A stretch of 63,304 nucleotides of DNA, the filler included, from Reticulomyxa filosa (Eukaryota > Protista > Foraminifera): the NCBI GenBank assembly GCA_000512085.1. It is 9 parts of 9 records of this genome, joined end to end, with 100 filler letters (N's around TTAATTAATTAA, not from the genome) between each part and the next. Parts side by side here need not be neighbours in the genome. Positions count along the whole stretch, not along the records: positions 46,107 to 51,037 come from ASPP01005397.1; positions 51,138 to 55,812 come from ASPP01003053.1; positions 55,913 to 59,071 come from ASPP01022359.1; positions 59,172 to 61,914 come from ASPP01012650.1; positions 62,015 to 63,304 come from ASPP01047739.1; 4 more parts are not named here. One strand, 5' to 3'. A program made the translations under genes and the position numbers. Positions 49,450 through 63,304 of this stretch are shown one piece after another (position 1 is the stretch's first letter; each line of letters begins with the position of its first letter). Under the pieces are notes generated by a model. That model saw only the letters and a list, made by a program, of their open reading frames with translations, searched no databases and had not been told where the DNA came from.

Positions 49450-49978
49450 TTTTTTATTTTTTTCAAGTGGAAAGTCTCGAGTTTAGTTTTTTTTTGGCTT
49501 TCGACCAGGCAATAAACTAACAGTAAAAGTTTGAAACTTTGCAAAAGGGTATTAATAATATGTTTTAAAACACGACTATTCTTTGCAAAAAAAATAAAAT
49601 AAAACAGTCAAAATGACAAATCTAGTCTGGCAGATACGCTTGAAAACTCTCACCCAAAAAAAGCAGAATGAAGCCCCTGTACTTTTGAAGCCGGATTTTG
49701 TTGCAAAACCAACCGAGTGACGGTCAATTATTTGCGTTTCAAGAAATTTGGATTTGATAAACAAAAGCATCTTGGGACATTTGGTACTCCCTAGATATCG
49801 TTATAAAAAATTGTAAAGCAATTACAAAACTCTAAAAAAGATAGAAGAGCAAAGATTCCATCTTGTGCTAAGATTGCAAGTGAGAGTCCAGTCACATGCC
49901 TTTGTATTAAAATATGAGCTATTTATCCTTGTGGAGAGTTCTTCGAATCCAAGGGGGTTTTGCTTGACTAAAAAAAAA

Positions 49979-50925
49979 ATGGCAGGGGGAGGGGAACGTG
50001 GTATGTTATTCGTGGAGATATCAGGGATACCATTATCGTTCGGAGCACGAGATTTGCGTTTTTATTTCACATCATATGTAGAACGTGAAAAATTTGCGTT
50101 GTTTCACTTCAAAAAAAGGGCGTTGCACTCACCGAAGACAAAAACGCTGTACAGCAAAACAGAGTGTGTGGAAATGAAGACAAAGGATGAGAAACCGACG
50201 TCATCAAAGGAAAAAAAAGGTGAGAAAAGAGAAGAGGAAAAGAAAGTGAGTAACGACGCGTCAAAGCAAAAGAAGAAAGAGAAATGCAATTGTTGTCTAA
50301 TTCAATTAAAGAAAGAAGCGGACATTGAGCCATTTCTAGCCAAGTATAATTATCAACAATGGTAAGTCGATTTGTTTGTCTATTGAAAAATTTCAAACAC
50401 AGTCAAGGCAATAATAAAAACGAAAAGTGTTATATGTATTGATTCTCGTACACACATAATATACATGCATGCATATATGTATATGCATGCATGTATGCAT
50501 GTAATAAATAAATGTATATATTGATTAATTATAAACATATTGCATATGATAAACTATTGCGTATATTGATATGACTAGGTATAATAGCGATTTAGTAAGT
50601 AGCAAGGACTCATTGTCGTTGTTGTGTACGTTGTCGGTATTGCGATACAAGAGCGAAGATGGAGTCACTCTTGCGAAGAGCGACGACATATGGACGTGGA
50701 TGAGCGAGTTACGTCCGCCAAGTTTTATTAGCAACGGGAACGTGGGAACACCAACAAAGGTGATTATCCGCAACTATCGCAAAGGAATGGTTCCAAATGG
50801 CCTGTTGCAAATGTTGAATATCCACTCGCAATCCATTCATTTCTCCGACAATCCGATTTCCGATGGAAGGTACCATTCCAGTCGATATTACCACTGTGCA
50901 AGGAAGCAGCATGTGCAAGTTGATT
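49979..50925 (+). CDS. GPATCH3: GPATCH3-like protein, N-terminal part (3'-truncated by contig end)
   Basis: ISGIPLSFGARDLRFYF...FALFHFKKR...CNCCLI...KYNYQQW and ELRPPSFISNGNVGTP match conserved GPATCH3 N-terminal blocks. The G-patch itself is not in the window. Confidence 0.75.
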
Positions 50926-51037
50926 ATGTACATATATGTATGCATATATGTACATATATATATATATATATATATACTTGTATATGTATATGTATTTGTA
51001 AACAAACATTCAAAGGCAAAAAAAAAAAAAAAAAAAA

Positions 51038-51137
51038 NNNNNNNNNNNNNNNNNNNNNNNNNNNNNNNNNNNNNNNNNNNNTTAATTAATTAANNNNNNN
51101 NNNNNNNNNNNNNNNNNNNNNNNNNNNNNNNNNNNNN
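51038..51137. other. Artificial contig linker
   Basis: N44-TTAATTAATTAA-N44. Confidence 0.98.
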
Positions 51138-51800
51138 AAAAAAAAAAAAGTGTTAGACATGAAAATCTATATCAGGTAAGGGAACAATAGCATAATCAAG
51201 TTTTATACTACCTCAATGGTAGATAAAACAATAGTTAGTTTTATATCTGGATTCTTACCGGGGCTTGTCTGGTTGTGCTTCACGGCACGGCTGACATTAA
51301 GACTGTGGGGCAGGCTCGCGTTTTGGCCAGATGATAATGCCAACTTCTTTTTTTTTCACAAAAATCATTATAAAGAAAGTAATTTTGCCGAATTTTAATT
51401 GAAATATTTAGTTTTATTACAAATATATAATTTCTTTAGTTGTTGCATTGCAGAAAATATTAATTGAATGAAACGAATTCTTTAGTTGTTTCGAATATTT
51501 ATCATTGAACAGAATAGCAGAAATGTATTTTTTTCAAGAAATTACTCTACACAAAACTGGCTCAACGAAAAAACAAAACAAGCAAAATACAAGGAAACAA
51601 AAAAAGAAACGCCAAATATCAATATTTTTATTATCAATCATTCATATGCCAATGGCAGCGAAACAATTTTTTTTAAAAAAAAGGATGAAAACCACACGTC
51701 TATAGCGTTTGACAAGAACCAGTCCATATTCTGAACATACATGACACAAATAGTAGACAAAAAAAGTTTCATAGCGAAAAAAAGATTGTCAAGGCAAACG

Positions 51801-55812
<4,012 letters not shown>

Positions 55813-55912
55813 NNNNNNNNNNNNNNNNNNNNNNNNNNNNNNNNNNNNNNNNNNNNTTAATTAATTAANNNNNNNNNNNNNNNNNNNNNNNNNNNNNNNN
55901 NNNNNNNNNNNN
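55813..55912. other. Artificial contig linker
   Basis: N44-TTAATTAATTAA-N44. Confidence 0.98.
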
Positions 55913-55929
55913 AAAAAAAAAAAAAAACT

Positions 55930-58436
55930 TTGTATTTTTCAATAAAATCGATCATTGCCATTGCGTCTTTGAAAAGATCGTAAGCAGTAATTTGCTTTGC
56001 TTCGATCTCTTTTGTTAGTTTTTCAATATTTTTTCGAAGTCTTTCTTTTTTTTCTTTGTCACCTTCTGTTTCATATTGTCTTTTCAAATTTTTACACTCT
56101 TCTCTTTCTTTGGCAAAGCATACTCGATTTCTCTCACGTAAAACATCTTCTAATACATATAACATTTCTTCTTGTTGCCATGCTTTATAAGCAAGTTTTT
56201 CGTCTTTGTTTCCTTCTGCAGGATTTTTATCACAATACAAAGGTAATAGACAATATTTTTGATACAAGTCAAATAGAGGATTAGTCTTTGCATTCACTGC
56301 ATCTATGACGATTTGTTTTAGTTGTTTTAAAACTTTGTTCTGGCCCCTTTTTTTTCCAGTTCATCATATTGCCTTTTCCATTGTTCAAAAGGCAGCAATT
56401 GTTGTTTGGTGTTATTGCGAATAGTGTCTAAGACCTTGCTTGCTTCATTACGAAATTTTGTAATTAAAGCATAACGGCTATTAAATTCGTGCTTTTTCCC
56501 CCGTCCCGTCCCCCCCCCCAAGTAACAGCGGCAATCATGTTTAACAAAATAAAAAAAAATGTAATTTTGTTTAATTTGATCAAGTTAAACTTGGGACATT
56601 GACTGTCCAGCAACATTCGTGTCAAATAACTTCACACATTCGAAAGGTAGAGCCAAATGCAAAGACTCAATTTTTTCCCACCATGGTTGGTCATTTGGTG
56701 CTGGCATCAATGTGTCTGTATGCTTATTCAACCACTCTTTTAATTCGTTGATACACTGTTGCAAACCATTTTGTTGTTCTTTTTCCGGAGCATAAAAGAC
56801 GTTTTCTAAAATTTTTTGTGAGATTTTTTTGCTGTTGACGTCCTTAACGACCAGTGCAATTTTGCAATTGGGTGCATCAGCCTATGTCGCCGTCCATGTT
56901 TTTTTAAAAAAATTAAAATTTTGTTCTTATAGAAAATACAAAGTGGTAAGGAAAAAAAAAAAAAAAAAAGAGTAAGTCAATAGTCTAATAACTTTTAATT
57001 GATTCAACAATTGGATAATTTCAGGACATTTTTTGGCCTTAATTCCCATGTAATCACTATCTTTAAATTCAAATTCACGCTTGGTAACTTGAATGACTAC
57101 ACAATGGCACAGTTTGGCTAATTGCACTACTACATCTGTGCGAGACATGGACTTGGGACTAAAAAATGGATCGGTAATTTTCCCGTGCACGTCAAGTATG
57201 TGGTATGAACATTGGTGCAATTCTCCCAAATAAATTATGTCAATGGACGAGTTATGCAAAGGATTTTTCACTTTCTTGTCACAAGTGTTAAATGGTTGAG
57301 TTTTGAACAACTTCGTCAGAAACGTCGACTTTCCTTCACAACGATTACTCCCGATAAACATCACCAATGCTCGATTTCGTGATATCTCCGTTTGTGACAT
57401 CCCATCGCTCAACATCTTAGCATGGCTTGCCAGCCTTAAAAAAAAAGAAAAACTGGAATGAAGAAAAAGGTTAAATTTTGAGGAAAAAAAAAAAAAAAAA
57501 AAACCAAAATAAAACTTTAGAGTGTCTCTGGCAAAGCACTTGACTTTGCCATTGTCACCTATCTCCAACATATTATAAATAATTGGAATTGGGATCAATT
57601 GTTCGACCACAGGTATCAATATCCTTTTTTGAATTTTTGCATCACAAATTTCCAAAAGGAATGCTATCAAATTACTGCAGCTGATTTGGTACTATTAAGT
57701 CAATCGTATTACTTTTTTAGTTTTTGTGTACGTATCTTTCGTTTTTTTTTTTTTTAGCCTACCGTATTCAATGTTCCAACATTGATCTTTGTATACATTT
57801 TCAAATCGATACGACACTTCAAAGCATCTAATACAGATCTTTGGATCAGTTCATTAAATAGATATCCTTTTAACACTTTAGACTCTTTCCATTCTGTGAC
57901 TAATTTTTCGCACAGTTCTTCCAAATTGCTTGCATCATCTTCTGTTGTATTTTTTTTTCTATTAGAACTTTCGTTACTATCGCTATCACTACCATTTTCT
58001 TCGCCATCTTGGATTTGACCGTCACACTTACGTATTATCACGCTCGGCAGTTTTTGAGAAAATGTTCGTATCTGTTTTTTTGACAATTTTTTTTTTGGAG
58101 TTAGTTTTTTTTTTAAAATTTAACTGTTTCCTCCACCTTCTTATGACTAATAAAATCGGCATTTCCTAAGCGGCACATAGAAGCATCATTAATAGCGATG
58201 TTGCTTCGGTGATTGATGACCAACATGTCCAAAACTAATTCCACAAATTTTTTGATATTAACCTTACTCTCCTTAATTTTCAACAAATACTCAGTTGTTG
58301 CCTTTTGTTCTCCATCCACAGTTTTTACGTCACTTTCTTTTTTTTCCTGCAAGCCTTTAACATTCCATCCATAAAACTCTCTGTTAAAATTGAAAAATGA
58401 TTTATTGGGCTTGATATAGTTTTCAATTATACTCAT
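55930..58436 (-). CDS. GVIN1/VLIG/URGCP-like large P-loop GTPase, 3'-truncated, multi-exon
   Basis: IAFLLEICDAKIQKRILIPVVEQLIPIPII, G1-like VMFIGSNRCEGKSTFLTKLF, G3 HILDVHG, G4-like IALVVKD (~56850), then helical/coiled-coil region. Family assignment by motif recall. Confidence 0.62.
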
Positions 58437-59071
58437 ACTCGTGGTTTACTTTTGAGTCTGTTTTTGCGAGGAAAAGAAATAAGGGTTTTTCTTTAGAACT
58501 TAAAAAGAGTTTTAAGGAAATTATCCAGCGAAACAAAGTTTTAAAAGATAAAAAAATTTGCAATTGCTTCAAAAAAATATCAAAAACAAAAGAAATTTAT
58601 TTGAATACTTTAGTCACTCTTAGTTTTATTGACATTATATTGTTGTAATTTAATTTTGATTAGCTATTTTTGTTGATTGTGTGACTTAAATTAATATTTT
58701 TTGTATATTTGTGAAGAAATAATTTAGATTGAGAATTTTTAAGAAAAATTTGTAAGTGTTTTGATAAGCAATTTAAAAAAAAATTTGGTTGATTTAAACG
58801 ATGAAAGCTATTACCTTTTTGTCGACTAATTTATTAATATACAAGTGTTGGTGTTTATATTGACAATTTCGTTATTTACATTTTAAAATTGTGCATTTAT
58901 TTTGTCCTTTATATGCAAATTCATTTAATCCAAAAAAGAAAAGGATACTCAAAGCTAATTGCAATTTTTATTTGTTTTATCTAATCATTTAAAGAAGTTT
59001 GTTTTGCTGCGAATAATATTTTCAAGAATAAGCATCATTGAGACCGAATTCTTATATTTTACAAGCAAAGT

Positions 59072-59171
59072 NNNNNNNNNNNNNNNNNNNNNNNNNNNNN
59101 NNNNNNNNNNNNNNNTTAATTAATTAANNNNNNNNNNNNNNNNNNNNNNNNNNNNNNNNNNNNNNNNNNNN
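59072..59171. other. Artificial contig linker
   Basis: N44-TTAATTAATTAA-N44. Confidence 0.98.
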
Positions 59172-59207
<36 letters not shown>

Positions 59208-59275
59208 CTCTTCCAAAAAAAAAAAAAAAAAAAAAAAAAAAATGTATTGTTTGTTCTCGTAAACACAGACGAAAC

Positions 59276-60882
59276 ATGAGCGACTGCGATGACAAAATCA
59301 ACCTTGTCATCTCTCTTGTCAAAACGGTAATAAAAGAAATCACCGAACTTAAAGACACAAAGCCCTGTGCAAATGTGTCGGAGGTATTGCATGTGTACAT
59401 GTCGACATCTTTTTTTTAAAAAAAAAAAAAAAAAGAAAAAAAAGAGTGTCTCTTTCCTTGCTCTTTTCAATGGGTCTGAATAAAAGCAAGAGGTTTGTGT
59501 GTGTGTATTTGTCTCCAACCAAACATGACCGGAGGTGCGAAGGATAACAGCAATAACGCGGAAATACAAGACAGCAAGCTGAAGGAAGTGTGGGACAAAA
59601 TGTCCGTCTGTGTGAAGACGCTACAAAATGCCACACATGAAATACAACTGATACCAACGCAGATCGTCAACATTAAAGTTTCGTCGTTAATTACGACAGC
59701 CACAAAGGGCTCTGATAAGAGAGACAAAGGGAAAAAAGGGAGACTAAACAAAACCTTATAATAATAACAACAAAACATATATGTATGTATATACATATAT
59801 ATTTTCTTCCTTTTTTTTTTTTTGTTATCAAATAGACGCTAATGGAAGAATGCATTGCAAAAGAGATTAAACAGATACTCGCACATAACGAAGAGGACAG
59901 TGACTGGCCGAAAGTAAAGAAGGAACTCAAACACGTTGACGGGTGGTTTGAGAGCAATGAGACACAGTTCGTCCCACAAGCAGAACAGGCGCTTTCCGAA
60001 GAGCACAAAACGACATGTCAGTCATTGAAAGGTCCAGACGCTCACGCTCCAAACCCATTGGACGAACTGTTAACCAACAAATTCGACGCTTTCGCTGAGC
60101 AAATGTCGTCCAAATGGGCCACATTGCTCTCACAAGAGAAAGAAGAACTGACCAAAAAAAAAACAGTTTTTGCTTTGTTTTTATTTTGTCTTTTGGGTCT
60201 GTGATAGTTTGAGGATGCAAAGCATAGACAAAACATTACAAACATAAGTATACGTCGTTGTTTGAAGTTTTTTTGTTACTTGTTTGTTTTGAATTGTTAG
60301 AATTGTATGTCCAATGAGCTGGAGTCTACAATGCAAGCGGGTTTTGCAATGGTATCAGAAAACCTCGAAAAAAGGCTACTGGGGTTGCCGTTGGAAAGTT
60401 CAAAGGCAGTGTGTCAGCAAATCAAAGAGTCAGTCTCTCCAATGTTGACGCAACATTTGTCGAAAGAGTTTGAAGTTTGGACGAACACTTCCACGAAAAA
60501 CAGTGGGAACAAATTCTTCTTGTTGATTTTGGTATTCATAGTGGCGTTCTTAGGGATATTGTGGCAACAGGTGATAGAGCAAATAACACCCTTTTTTTCT
60601 CCTCAAAAAAAAAAAAAAAATTTGGCACAAAAAATGACAAAGTCAATGTGCCGGTCTGTACATAGGATGGTGCCGATTTCCAATCAAAAATTCATGCGTT
60701 GCAAGGACGGTAAAATTTGTTATTTAATATTTATTGTTATTTTTCTCTCAACTCGACGTGGGTTTTTTTTGCGATGGTTAAGACACGTCTTTTGTTTTTT
60801 TTTTTTTAATCTTTTTTTTTATCTTCACATTTCAGTGGTAGTTAATTTGTGTGGCTCTCAGTTAATATCATATGTTCAATAA
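59276..60882 (+). CDS. Hypothetical alpha-helical protein, multi-exon; boundaries uncertain
   Basis: GC-richer coding-like segments (59276-59383, ~59520-59730, 59836-60160, 60301-60710) separated by AT-rich introns; no family recognised. Confidence 0.5.
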
Positions 60883-61305
60883 CGGACTTTGTTTGAAGGG
60901 TTTATATATCATCGATTTGATCCAAACTTTGACTCCGATTTTAAGTTGTGAGTGTGAAGTTTGTCTCAAATATACTTGCCAATTTTTGAAGGGCCATCGC
61001 TCTGTTTCATTTTTGTGGAGTGTGGAGTAAATTTTTGAACAGTAAACCAAATTATTGAAGTAACTTACGGAGACAGTTGTTAGTTTACTTGGACTTCAAT
61101 TCAGTCAAATATATTATTAAAAGAGTGACACCTTTTTTTTTCCCTAGTACGAGCGTAGCAAATATACCAATTATTCATCTTATGTTACAAACATATACGA
61201 GTTCATGGATCTCCCACGCCCAACCAAACAGTAAGGTCTCACGGGTAAGAGAAGAAGGAAAAGCTCAACCGGTAATTTTTATATCATAAATCGACAATTA
61301 CAGAA

Positions 61306-61870
61306 ATGGACAGTGAGAATGAAGATAATCCATTGCTCAATGATGACGGGAAGACGAAGGAAAATGCAAAAGACACCGTAATACAGATAGATCAATCGAA
61401 ACGCAGTCCCTCTCCCACACCAAGCAATGTGTCATTTGCATCGGATGAAATTGCAGCACATTTGCAAGGAGTAGACTCGGACGACGAGAACGGACATGAG
61501 GAGGAGACAAGCGCAAAATCGCAGCAAGAGCAAAGTAAGGAGGAGCTTTCCCCGGAAGTAGCGTATGGATCCACGAATACTCGGTTCAAGCTGGCGTCTT
61601 CGGCAGTGACCGAGGTAGTGGCCGGTGAAGCAATCGAAGGAGAGTCAGAAGAAGACCAGAAGCGAGGCGGTTTAAAGTCCACCAATCAGAAGCAAAATGA
61701 AAACGATGAAATCGAATACAATTTCCCAGAGGTGTCACAAGAAACGTGGTCCCACATGGCCAGAAACACGTTCATTTGTTGGGGAAAGCTCATGGTGGGC
61801 ACGGACATTTCCTTTTTTTTTTTCACCAATGTTTTAATCATTGCCGTAGGAATACTTTATTTCATATTCA
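61306..61870 (+). CDS. Probable DHHC palmitoyltransferase (ERF2/ZDHHC9-14-18 type), N-terminal exon only
   Basis: Acidic N-terminus, then ARNTFICWGKLMVGTD and a TM helix, resembling the GxNxFxCxGRLxxGxD motif preceding TM1. DHHC motif lies beyond the contig end. Confidence 0.6.
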
Positions 61871-61880
61871 TGTTTAGTTT

Positions 61881-61913
<33 letters not shown>

Positions 61914-61914
61914 T

Positions 61915-62014
61915 NNNNNNNNNNNNNNNNNNNNNNNNNNNNNNNNNNNNNNNNNNNNTTAATTAATTAANNNNNNNNNNNNNNNNNNNNNNNNNNNNNN
62001 NNNNNNNNNNNNNN
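61915..62014. other. Artificial contig linker
   Basis: N44-TTAATTAATTAA-N44. Confidence 0.98.
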
Positions 62015-62094
62015 CGCAAATCTATTGTGAACAGAATTCGTTACGTTTTTGTTTTTTTAAAAAAAAAAAAAAATAATAATAATAATAATAATAA

Positions 62095-62814
62095 GGTAAT
62101 ATAAAAACGTATTTTTGGACTCCTTTTTTTGATAGTATCATTCCCGTGATTTATACAATTGTGATAACTACGCTCACTTATATGTGTGTCGAGTATGGAT
62201 ATCTGCTCTGTCACCTTTTTGAAATAACTCCGTTCTTGGTCGCTCCGAACATTGCTCGCACAAGCACTCTCCAAGGCATAGCGCTCGCCTTAGTCACTGG
62301 TCCGGTCGCTGCCTTAGTGCTGCACTGGTGCTGTGATGTCTTGTTCTATCCTCACTGCTTGCTCAGAACTACGATGCTCTTAATACGAGAAGAACTTTTT
62401 GTCAGCTCTTCTATCCCGTGGCTATTTGGAGAACATGATGAATTCTTTCTTCATGTTAGTTAATATATATATGTATATGTATATGTATATGTGTGGATAT
62501 GTATATAAATGTGTTATATATGTTCATTTTTATTTTTATTTTTTTAAAATTAAATTTGTTGTAATGCTCAGATATGCTCATCTTCTTTTGTGAACTTAAC
62601 TTGGAGTGGCCATGCCGCTGTTGGGTTTATGCTCGGATTGTCCACCGTTTTCTCTTACTTAGCTGCACGTTTGTTTCAAAAATGCTCTCAAGTAAAAATC
62701 ACTTGGGATCGCCCAAAGTCATTTTTAAATCAGTTTTTGCCTGAACCTGCACCTTTGTTGTTTGCATTTCCTATGGCCTTCTATTGTTTTCGAGTCTTAG
62801 GCTCTAGTAGTTGA
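62095..62814 (+). CDS. Multi-pass membrane protein, 3' fragment, unknown family
   Basis: Two hydrophobic exons (~62095-62455 and ~62572-62814) separated by a TA-repeat intron. Confidence 0.5.
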
Positions 62815-63304
62815 TTTATGAAATATATCCAACTTTTATATACTTCTACTTGCAGAGCCATTTTCTTATCTTATAACATGTACACATACACATTTTTCAA
62901 TTTGGTCAACTCTTTTGAAAGTTTAGTTTACTCTAAAAAAAAAAGTTTTTAAACTTCATTGCTAGTTGTTTCACAGCTTTTCCAACAACTTTCACAATTC
63001 CACATCACACTTTTTTACATTTTGCTTTAGCAAGCATGTATTATTATTTACTCGTACATTTTCATTGAATTTTCTGTGTCGAAAACAAGATGCATTCTGT
63101 CTTGGATAATCGCTGTTTCAAAAAAAAGGGACAAACAGTAGCTGCCATTGAACTTTTCAATATTGATTGCATGAGTGTTAATCATTTCGAAAAAATATTG
63201 CAACAAAAATATTGACATTAAAATAAGTTAAAAAAACAATGACAGAAGTGGGAAGCACATCTAAACGCCCTTCGCATTCAGAATCAGAAAGTGTGCGTGG
63301 TTTG

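Overview
AT-rich, intron-containing eukaryotic (protist) genomic DNA, standard genetic code. It is not one locus: nine draft contigs are joined by eight artificial 100-bp linkers (N44-TTAATTAATTAA-N44), so gene neighbourhoods across linkers mean nothing. Gene content and style (Cys/His-rich N-terminus plus WD40 family, 7TM-RGS, short introns with TA/CA tracts, homopolymer indels) suggest a foraminiferan such as Reticulomyxa; this is an inference. About 24 genes or fragments are recognisable: a divergent glycine cleavage H protein, histidine acid phosphatase, DUF1295 protein, kinesin-1-like motor, C2H2 protein, bystin, ASCC2-like CUE protein, SMP-C2 synaptotagmin-like protein, IMP4, WD40 proteins, PDH E1-alpha, ubiquitin-like protein, GPATCH3-like protein, BEACH-WD40-FYVE protein and a DHHC-type N-terminus. 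Most notable are: (1) a ~1,780-aa class C-type 7TM receptor whose ectodomain is Kelch propeller plus cysteine-stapled and Pmp-like beta-helix, with no Venus flytrap; (2) a PP2A B56 subunit fused to CAP-Gly domain(s); (3) a 44-bp TG...CA mini-element with a perfect 6-bp target-site duplication, whose terminus recurs where two contigs break; (4) a GVIN/URGCP-like large GTPase; (5) a 7TM-RGS protein; (6) introns with T-rich 5' parts and A-rich acceptors. Exon boundaries were read by eye and are approximate. No rRNA, tRNA or CRISPR array was seen.
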